Shown one piece after another: positions 57,333 to 64,000 of a stretch of 64,000 nucleotides of DNA (position 1 is the first letter of the stretch; each line of letters begins with the position of its first letter). The notes below the pieces were generated by a model. It made no database searches and had not been told where the DNA came from. It saw only the letters and a program-made list of their open reading frames with translations. The position numbers were made by a program, and so were the translations under genes. Origin of the DNA: Patescibacteria group bacterium (GTDB lineage Bacteria; Patescibacteriota; Minisyncoccia; Phycocordibacterales; UBA918); the NCBI GenBank assembly GCA_039188945.1, contig JBCCYW010000002.1, positions 26,449 to 90,448 on the forward strand, in the 5' to 3' direction.

Positions 57333-58689
57333 AGAAATCAACTTCAATTTCCTGGTTTTCGTCTGGAGCAATAGCGTTTACTCCTAAGTAATCACGTAAG
57401 CGTTGGGTGAGGAACAAAGATGATTTCTCCTCACCCATAGTGACAAACACCTGCTTGGCTTTATCACCTCCCTGGGCGACCAGATCGATCAGTTGATCGC
57501 GATCAGCGTGACCTGAGAAGCCACGAATACGCTCAATCCTAGCTCGTACCCGGACATCCGTACCATCAATGCGGATTTTTTTTGCACCATCATGGAGAAG
57601 TCTGCCTACGCTTCCAACCGATTGGTAACCAACCAGAAGCAGGGTTGTATTGGGATCGCCAAGATAACGCCGTTCATGGCGACGAATCCGGCCACCATGG
57701 CTCATACCACTACCAGCAATAATCACCTTTGGCGCTTGGGTGAAATCGATTTCGGCTGAATCTTGTACGGTTGGCGTAAACGACAGGCCTTTGAAAGCGA
57801 AAATGTCGTCGCCGTGTAGGACCTGCTGCCAGATTTCTGGTTTGAGGTACTCTGGGTACTGACGATAGATTTCTGTGACACGAATCGCTAGTGGCGAGTC
57901 GAGAAATACAGGAATTGGTTCGAAGCGCCCACTCTCAACCAAGTTGTTTATTTCAAACAAAATCCCCTGCGTGCGCTCCAGTGAGAACGCCGGAATAATA
58001 AGTGTTCCCTTTCGCTCTTTCGCTCCCTCAAGCTGTGCCAACAGAAGCTCAGTGCGCTCCTCGACTTCTTCGTGCAACCGATCGCCGTACACACTCTCCA
58101 TCACCATGTAGTCGTAGTCTTCCGGAATCACTGGCGGCGCCATGAGTGGCTGTGGCACATTACCCACGTCACCCGTGAAGACAAACTTCTTGCCATTTCG
58201 AGTGAGCTGCACCATAGCTGAACCGAGAATATGTCCAGCGTTGGTGAACACTGCCTCTACGCCATCACCTAGTGAAAAAGGTTCATCATAACGAGTGGTG
58301 TCCCAAATTGAAAATGCATGCTGAATATCACCTTCGCTGTATAACACTGGTAAGCTGTGCCGCTCAGCTTCAAACTGCATCACATGCAGTGCATCATCAA
58401 GCATGATCTCTGCTAGGGCTTTCGTGGGTGCCGTTGAATAAATTCGGCCGCGAAAGCCGTCTTTTACGAGCTTTGGAATGCGACCAATATGATCGGCGTG
58501 AGCGTGCGTGACCAGAAGCACGTCAATATCTTTTGGATTATAGACAAAGGGTTCAGCGTTTTGCTCTTGCGAGAAACGATCACCCTGGATCAACCCACAA
58601 TCGACCATAATCGCCACCTCACCGGTATCAAGCACAAAATTGGCCCCGGTTACCGAACCGACACCTCCATAAAACCCAATCGTACTCAT
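57331..58689 (-). CDS. MBL-fold metallo-hydrolase with beta-CASP domain (RNase J/CPSF-like RNA-metabolising enzyme)
   Basis: HAHADHIG motif 2 and downstream Asp/His motifs. 452 aa with a beta-CASP-sized insertion. Confidence 0.7.
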   Translation of the reverse strand: MSTIGFYGGVGSVTGANFVLDTGEVAIMVDCGLIQGDRFSQEQNAEPFVYNPKDIDVLLVTHAHADHIGRIPKLVKDGFRGRIYSTAPTKALAEIMLDDALHVMQFEAERHSLPVLYSEGDIQHAFSIWDTTRYDEPFSLGDGVEAVFTNAGHILGSAMVQLTRNGKKFVFTGDVGNVPQPLMAPPVIPEDYDYMVMESVYGDRLHEEVEERTELLLAQLEGAKERKGTLIIPAFSLERTQGILFEINNLVESGRFEPIPVFLDSPLAIRVTEIYRQYPEYLKPEIWQQVLHGDDIFAFKGLSFTPTVQDSAEIDFTQAPKVIIAGSGMSHGGRIRRHERRYLGDPNTTLLLVGYQSVGSVGRLLHDGAKKIRIDGTDVRVRARIERIRGFSGHADRDQLIDLVAQGGDKAKQVFVTMGEEKSSLFLTQRLRDYLGVNAIAPDENQEIEVDF

Positions 58690-59090
58690 ACGCTACCCAA
58701 CTTACTCGACTCACCAACATAATACGCAATCCAGCCCCCTAAGAAGCCCATAATTAAATCGATGATCGTATCCTGAATAAAATTCTCTTCAATCTCACGC
58801 CCAACAATAAATAGTTCAAACAACTCCCAGAGTCCTGCGACAATAATTACAAAGCCAAGAATTTGCCATAATTTAAAGCAGTAGAGCGCTGGAATAATTC
58901 GCAGATCTCGCAGTACATACAGGCCAAGACCGGCCACACACCCACCGAGAAGATGTACGGGAATATCAAGCCACAAAAAATGCCAGTACAAAAACAGCTC
59001 GAGCGCTATGATGTGCACTACTGCTAGGATTGAGCCGGCTATCAGAAAATAAATCGTTGCTAGTTGGATCATGTTGTTCAATAGTATCAT
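58686..59090 (-). CDS. Hypothetical membrane protein
   Basis: 4 TM, 134 aa. Overlaps the upstream gene by 4 nt. Confidence 0.4.
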   Translation of the reverse strand: MILLNNMIQLATIYFLIAGSILAVVHIIALELFLYWHFLWLDIPVHLLGGCVAGLGLYVLRDLRIIPALYCFKLWQILGFVIIVAGLWELFELFIVGREIEENFIQDTIIDLIMGFLGGWIAYYVGESSKLGSV

Positions 59091-59346
59091 TCTGCATGAA
59101 AAAACACCTCGCTATGAGGCATGCTTTCATGGAACCACTGCGTATGCTCCTGGAAAAACCAGGTGGGCACCCTTTCTGTCCCGCCTATTCGAAATTGATT
59201 GCTCATTCTCGGCACGGAACACGACTGCAGGCAGCCCTGAACATAATATTTAAGCGGAACATACGTCTATGTGGTTCCAAACCTATTCTAGCACAACCAA
59301 AAAACCGCATGGCGCGGCCTTTGGTGACTAGATTGAGTTGTTATTC

Positions 59347-59378
59347 ACGAATCTGCTCTTGGAAATGAGCAGATTCGG
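59347..59378 (-). terminator. Perfect 11-bp-stem hairpin just downstream of ndk
   Basis: cgaatctgctcTTGGAAATgagcagattcg. Confidence 0.45.
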
Positions 59379-59398
59379 AAATAAGCTAGCAATAGCCG

Positions 59399-60007
59399 TT
59401 ACTCTCCTTTGTTAAGCTTAATCGCTTCGTACATCACGCGCTCTTGTGCAGTCGCGTAGTCGTGGATTTCTTTATCATCAAACCAAATCTGGACTTCTCG
59501 TTCAGCTTCTTCCACTGATTCAGACTGATGAATGAGGTTTTTGACACCACGGTCTTCGAGGGTCGCGTGTGAGTAGGAGTCGATAGAATAGTCGCCACGA
59601 ATAGTTCCAATATCAGCAGTGGTTGGTTCGGTGGTACCAACCGTGCGAGTCACGATAGATACCGCTTGATTGCCCTGAAGCACAAGCGCTACTACTGGAG
59701 ATTCGGTCATGTAGCGAACGACTGTACGAATGATATCTTTTCCGTATTCAATCGCTTCTTTATCGATATCGCGACCTTGTGACTTAAGATCTTCAACTAC
59801 CCCTTCGCCTTTGCGCTGGTACCAAGCGTCGTCTTTGTTGTAGTGATCAAGGAGCTGCTCCTCGGTTGGCCACACCATCTTCATGCCGGTGATCTTGAGA
59901 CCCTTCTGTTCAAAACGCTTAATAATTTCACCGACTAAGCTGCGTTGTACCGCATCGGTTTTTAAGAGAACGAGTGATCGCTCTTCGTGTGCTTCTCGTG
60001 ATGACAT
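59399..60007 (-). CDS. ndk: Nucleoside diphosphate kinase (extended form)
   Basis: RSLVLLKTDAVQRSLVGEIIKRFEQKGLKI and catalytic His region. The internal ATG MSSREA is chosen. About 50 aa longer than the typical Ndk. Confidence 0.8.
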   Translation of the reverse strand: MSSREAHEERSLVLLKTDAVQRSLVGEIIKRFEQKGLKITGMKMVWPTEEQLLDHYNKDDAWYQRKGEGVVEDLKSQGRDIDKEAIEYGKDIIRTVVRYMTESPVVALVLQGNQAVSIVTRTVGTTEPTTADIGTIRGDYSIDSYSHATLEDRGVKNLIHQSESVEEAEREVQIWFDDKEIHDYATAQERVMYEAIKLNKGE

Positions 60008-60075
60008 AAAAAAATTACTATCTCCAAATTTGTGCCGGCAGTATACCGCACTGATAGGTGAACACAACCCTATTT

Positions 60076-60846
60076 CTAAATTGTAAGAGGCTCAGGACCG
60101 TTCTCAGTAATCGCCACTGTATGTTCAAACTGAGCGCTCAGAGAGCCGTCTTTAGTAGTCACCGTATAGCCATCGCCATCGTCATCAAAAATTACGTCGG
60201 GTTTACCAATATTTACAATTGGTTCAATCGCATAGACGTGCCCCACCTCAATCAGCGGGCCCTCACCAGGACGACCGAAGTTAGGAATAGTTGGTTCTTC
60301 ATGCACACTGTAGCCCACACCATGTCCTGCCAGGGCTTCCACCACTGAAAATCCTTTGCTTTCAACAAATTTCTGAACGGCATGTGAGATATCACCAATA
60401 TGATTACCAGGCTGAGCCGCTTTGACACCAATCGCGCGCGCTTCTCGAGTAACATCTATCAGTTTCTGGGCGTCTTTGCTGATCTCCCCCACACCGACGG
60501 TAATACCCGAGTCTACTACCATGTCTTTGTGTCCAATCGACATATCAATATTAATAATGTCACCTTCAGCCAAAACGGTATGATCGTTTGGAATACCATG
60601 CTGTACTACCTCATTGACTGAAAGACAAGTAGCTGCTGGATAGGGTGTAGGGGCAAAGCTTGGATGATAGCCAAGCAAAATTGGTTCAACCTCATGCTGT
60701 TCAGCCAGCTGTTGCGCCACATCATCTAGATCAAGGGTGGTCACGCCCGGCACCGCTTCTTTGGCGATACCTTTGAGAATCTTCGCTAAAATACTCCCAG
60801 CTTCACGCAGTACTTCGATTTCTTCGGGTGACTTTTTGGTGATCAT
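60076..60846 (-). CDS. map: Type I methionine aminopeptidase
   Basis: Metal ligands: D...D (DIINIDM), H, and E...E. 256 aa. Confidence 0.9.
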   Translation of the reverse strand: MITKKSPEEIEVLREAGSILAKILKGIAKEAVPGVTTLDLDDVAQQLAEQHEVEPILLGYHPSFAPTPYPAATCLSVNEVVQHGIPNDHTVLAEGDIINIDMSIGHKDMVVDSGITVGVGEISKDAQKLIDVTREARAIGVKAAQPGNHIGDISHAVQKFVESKGFSVVEALAGHGVGYSVHEEPTIPNFGRPGEGPLIEVGHVYAIEPIVNIGKPDVIFDDDGDGYTVTTKDGSLSAQFEHTVAITENGPEPLTI

Positions 60847-60931
60847 AGGTAGATAGTGAAGTCTTAATGGTAATTAGATATTTGCTGGCGCCCCAGCACA
60901 GACCATATCATTATAAAGATTTGTATCAAAT

Positions 60932-61528
60932 CTACGACAACTGTAAAGCAGCAGCAATCTGCTGATGTACTGCTTCAATAGTAGCTGTTCCATCGATATT
61001 GTGAACGGTGGTATTGGCTCGTTCATTAAAGTGATCAACCACTGGCAACGTTTCTTCTCGATACCACTTGAGGCGGGCTTCAATTGATTCAGGCGTATCA
61101 TCGGCTCGCGCTCTCCCTTCCATGCGAGTCCGTACCACCTCCTCTGGCGTATCAAGGTTAATCACATCAACGTGCGGTCGTTTATAGAAATCGAGCGCCC
61201 CCTCTAAAACGCGTGCTTCGCGGACTGTCCGCGGGAAGCCGTCAATCAATACGTGGCACGTTTCATCAAGATGCTCACGCATCGCATCACCCCACAACGA
61301 AACTGAGAGGAAGAGTGGTTGCAATACACCGGTATCGAGCGTCTCTTGAATATGCTTTTCGGTGTACCCTTCGCCTTTGGCGGCCATCGCACGGAAGCGA
61401 CGTCCGGTCTGGATGTCAACAACGTTGTTGGTTGGATCAGCTGCTTTCAGCACGGCATTGAGTTTCTCAATCTGGGTTCCCTTACCGCTTCCCTGAGGAC
61501 CAATAAAGATGATGGTTTTTGGTTGCAT
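60932..61528 (-). CDS. adk: Adenylate kinase (short-LID type)
   Basis: P-loop GPQGSGKGTQ and DGFPRT motif. Confidence 0.85.
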   Translation of the reverse strand: MQPKTIIFIGPQGSGKGTQIEKLNAVLKAADPTNNVVDIQTGRRFRAMAAKGEGYTEKHIQETLDTGVLQPLFLSVSLWGDAMREHLDETCHVLIDGFPRTVREARVLEGALDFYKRPHVDVINLDTPEEVVRTRMEGRARADDTPESIEARLKWYREETLPVVDHFNERANTTVHNIDGTATIEAVHQQIAAALQLS

Positions 61529-61533
61529 ATAAA

Positions 61534-62100
61534 TTAGGTAATTTTTTCTACTATCTCTTTAAAGACATCTTCGGCTGGTTGAGAAGCGTCGACCGTAAAG
61601 AAATCTGCTCGTTCTTTAAAATAATTAACCGACTGCATAGTCTCGCTTTCAAACGCTTCTCGACGTTGTTGAATTTTTTCTTTCACGTCGTAACCCGGTC
61701 GATTACGAGCCAGTAAGCGCTCTTCAAGCACCGACTCATCGGCCTCAAGCAGAACAACCACATAGGAACGTTCAGTGGCCTGGTGAATTTCATGTAGCTT
61801 GCGAGCCTCTTCTGGTTTTCTAGCCACACTCTCAAACACAACACCAGTATCAACACAGTCTTCGATCAAGACTTTCACTAAGAAGTAACTAGCAAGCCAC
61901 TCTGGAATCCAACCACGAGTATGAATACTTTCAATAAGACGTCCGAGTGGTGAATCAAGCGCGGCTGTCTCGCGTGCTTTATCTCCAGTAGAGAAAATAC
62001 AGTAGTTGAAATGCTCGGCCAGGTGCTTTGCTTGTGTTCCTTTACCTGTGCCCGCATGTCCCATTAATACGATGCTTTCGTACTTCGTTTTTTGCTCCAT
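61534..62100 (-). CDS. Adenylate-kinase-family paralog (divergent NMP kinase)
   Basis: P-loop GHAGTGKGTQA. Lacks the GFPRT block. Sits in tandem with adk. Confidence 0.6.
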   Translation of the reverse strand: MEQKTKYESIVLMGHAGTGKGTQAKHLAEHFNYCIFSTGDKARETAALDSPLGRLIESIHTRGWIPEWLASYFLVKVLIEDCVDTGVVFESVARKPEEARKLHEIHQATERSYVVVLLEADESVLEERLLARNRPGYDVKEKIQQRREAFESETMQSVNYFKERADFFTVDASQPAEDVFKEIVEKIT

Positions 62101-62164
62101 AACCTCACTAGTCTACTAAGTATTATGATGAACGCAACAAAAGCGCCATGCTATCCTTAAAACC

Positions 62165-62794
62165 ATGGCAAAGGCGCAGATCATCACCATTTCTGGTAAA
62201 CCAGGGAGCGGCAAATCCTCAACGGCCGACCGCGTAGCCGAGATGCTTGGGTTCACCCGACACTCCTCAGGTGATTTTGTACGTAAATTTGTAAAAGAAA
62301 AAGGCATGACGCTCAAAGAGTACAACGACCATGCTATGGATAATCACAGCCTGGATGAGCGAGTGGATGAAATGCTGCGAGAACTGCGAGATCATAGCGA
62401 GATTATTATCGATTCACGACTTGGTTTTTATTGGATTCCAGAGTCCTTTAAGGTCTATCTTGATCTTGATATGCAGGTAGCGGCAGCCCGTATTTTTAAA
62501 GATGCTGTATCGAATATTGGTCGCTCAAAGTCTGGCTTGGCTGGCTCGATTGGTGAAGTTAATAATCAAGTGAAACAGCGAATGCAAAACGAACGACTCC
62601 GGTTTCGCAGACGCTACGGAGTAGACCCCTACAACTCAGAGCACTTTGACCTCATTGTTGACACCTCACGTCATAGCCCCGAGACCGTTGCTCTCACTGT
62701 CTTTGATAATTACAAAAAGTGGCTAGAATCGGAGAATTGGTCACAAGTACGTAGCTCAGTGCCGATGGGCTACTCGTTTAAGAATCAGTACTAA
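62165..62794 (+). CDS. cmk: Cytidylate kinase, archaeal/short type
   Basis: ITISGKPGSGKSSTADRVAEMLGF...SSGDFVR resembles the archaeal-type CMP kinase N-terminus. Confidence 0.65.
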   Translation: MAKAQIITISGKPGSGKSSTADRVAEMLGFTRHSSGDFVRKFVKEKGMTLKEYNDHAMDNHSLDERVDEMLRELRDHSEIIIDSRLGFYWIPESFKVYLDLDMQVAAARIFKDAVSNIGRSKSGLAGSIGEVNNQVKQRMQNERLRFRRRYGVDPYNSEHFDLIVDTSRHSPETVALTVFDNYKKWLESENWSQVRSSVPMGYSFKNQY

Positions 62795-62796
62795 AA

Positions 62797-62842
62797 AAAC
62801 CAAAAGGCCGGCAGCGGAGCTGCCGGCCTTTTGGTTTTGTTT
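62797..62842. terminator. Bidirectional terminator
   Basis: aaaaaaccaaaaggccggcagcGGAgctgccggccttttggtttt. Confidence 0.65.
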
Positions 62843-62969
62843 GCTTCCCTGTTTATGAGGGAGCTAGTAAATCGTTTTAGACGAGGCGCGCAAAGCAAAT
62901 GGAGCCGAGTCGTATAGAGACATACGACGAGCGCCCATTTGTCTGCAGCGCAACAAAGTATTAAACGAT

Positions 62970-64000
62970 TTAATACTCCCTCATCGAAGCTTGGGCATCA
63001 AGACGACGGATAAGATCAAGCACCACTGACACCACAATCAGAAGCGCGGTTCCTCCAATTGCGAGCGCAGTCACACCAGTGGCAATTTGCATACCAACTG
63101 GCAAGACAGCGACGAGCGCGAGGAAGGTTGCACCAACCAACGTGAGGCGAGTAATCAAGTTCCCAAGATACTCGGCCGTCATGCCACCAGGACGAATTCC
63201 TGGGATGAACGCACCGTTACGTTGAAGATTCTTTGAGATCGCATCTGGGTCAAACGTCACTGCGGTGTAGAAGAAGGTGAAGAGGAAGACCAAGATGAAG
63301 TAGGTTGCTCCATATGCGACTGGATTGTTCAAGAAAGCCGTCACCAACTCATTTGCTTGCGTAGTCCAACCGAGATTGAACGCACTCAAGATATTAAGCA
63401 CCATCTGCGGGAAGAGCAAGATTGAGAGGGCAAAGATGATCGGAATCACACCTGCCTGGTTGAGGCGTAGTGGTAGGTATGAACTGCTACCACCGTAGGT
63501 AGAACCGCCCCGACTTTGCTTCGCGTAGGTGATAGGCACCGGACGCTCAGCTTCAGTCATCACCACCACCGCGTAGGTAACCAGCAACGTGAGAATTACG
63601 AAGCCAATGTAGAGCGGTAACTGCGATGGGTCGAATGAGAAGAGGAGCTGACTCAGAGTCGCTGGAAGACCAGCCACGATACCGGCAAAGATAATGATCG
63701 AAACACCATTACCAATACCAAATTCAGTCACCAACTCACCGATCCACATAAGAAGCATCGAACCAGCCACCACGAGCACCACGTTTACCGCGAACTCGAA
63801 GGTTGAAAGGCCGGCAATGACACCCTGACTCTGCAAGAGCGTCAGGAAGCCAAACGCCTGCAGGATAGCCAGTGGCAACGTAAGCATACGGCTGTACTGC
63901 GTAAATCTAGCTCGGCCAGCTTCTCCTTCTTCGGTATAGAGACTCTTGAGCTTCGGGCTCATCACTGTCATCAATTGCATGATGATTGAGGCAGTAATAA
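62970..64000 (-). CDS. secY: Preprotein translocase SecY, partial; N-terminus lies beyond the window end
   Basis: The C-terminal TM7-TM10 region matches SecY. The track ORF starts at an internal Met, but the frame stays open to the window edge. Confidence 0.85.
   Translation of the reverse strand, partial: ITASIIMQLMTVMSPKLKSLYTEEGEAGRARFTQYSRMLTLPLAILQAFGFLTLLQSQGVIAGLSTFEFAVNVVLVVAGSMLLMWIGELVTEFGIGNGVSIIIFAGIVAGLPATLSQLLFSFDPSQLPLYIGFVILTLLVTYAVVVMTEAERPVPITYAKQSRGGSTYGGSSSYLPLRLNQAGVIPIIFALSILLFPQMVLNILSAFNLGWTTQANELVTAFLNNPVAYGATYFILVFLFTFFYTAVTFDPDAISKNLQRNGAFIPGIRPGGMTAEYLGNLITRLTLVGATFLALVAVLPVGMQIATGVTALAIGGTALLIVVSVVLDLIRRLDAQASMREY

Noticed and set aside
59030-59368. 112-aa ORF in the 300-nt gap upstream of ndk
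   Set aside because: It overlaps the neighbouring membrane gene and runs through a perfect terminator hairpin. No RBS and an odd Cys/Arg-rich composition. The gap was also checked for SRP/6S-like motifs and none were found.
1-64000. CRISPR arrays, rRNA genes, transposase/IS elements
   Set aside because: No short regularly spaced direct repeats, no rRNA-like conserved stretches, and no DDE transposase-like ORFs were seen by eye. The only recombinase is the serine recombinase on the tmRNA island.

Overview
This 64-kb window looks like a contiguous piece of a small bacterial genome of about 47-50% GC. Its gene content and compact organisation resemble a Candidate Phyla Radiation (CPR)/Saccharibacteria-type genome; that placement is inference only, since no rRNA is present.

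Core-genome blocks:
- 1-9.6 kb: a complete minus-strand type IV pilus locus with three pilin genes, pilD, pilC, pilT, a CheY-like receiver, pilB, and pilO/N/M, followed by comFC.
- About 11.2 kb: tRNA-Ser(GCT) surrounded by degenerate tRNA fragments.
- 13.9-19.3 kb: an HxlR regulator with a divergent RND efflux pump (adaptor plus AcrB-like permease), and a minimal K+ channel.
- 20-25 kb: a Fur-family cluster with a COG0523 GTPase, a ParA/CooC-like ATPase and an unknown Cys-rich 266-aa protein.
- 25-27 kb: malic enzyme flanked by two ACP-like genes.
- 28-30 kb: recG.
- About 30.6 kb: tRNA-Ile(UAU) with half-tRNA scars.
- 31-34 kb: a DevBCA/MacAB-like ABC efflux module.
- 35.7-38.3 kb: ftsH and smpB.
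- 39244-39637: tmRNA.
- 55.9-57.3 kb: infC-rpmI-rplT.
- 59-64 kb: ndk, map, adk, an adk paralog, an archaeal-type cmk and a partial secY.

Accessory regions that deserve the most attention:
1. 39.6-46.3 kb: an AT-rich island immediately 3' of tmRNA, bounded by 11-bp direct repeats. It carries a frameshifted large serine recombinase, a divergent pair of an unknown 401-aa protein plus a PIN nuclease, and a Fic/HTH/PD-(D/E)xK-like operon.
2. 27.2-27.9 kb: a GC-rich micro-cassette encoding a 45-aa Cys-containing peptide with a strong RBS and terminator, plus a 77-aa partner ORF.
3. 21.1-24.6 kb: the Fur/Zur-like cluster with palindromic operator candidates.
4. 49.8-50.5 kb: a DCD/PUA-like domain fused to a nuclease-like domain, a candidate modification-dependent restriction enzyme.
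5. 52.8-53.9 kb: a GcrA-like regulator divergent from a SET-domain protein.

No CRISPR array or rRNA was seen. All functional calls come from motifs read by eye; no database searches were run.
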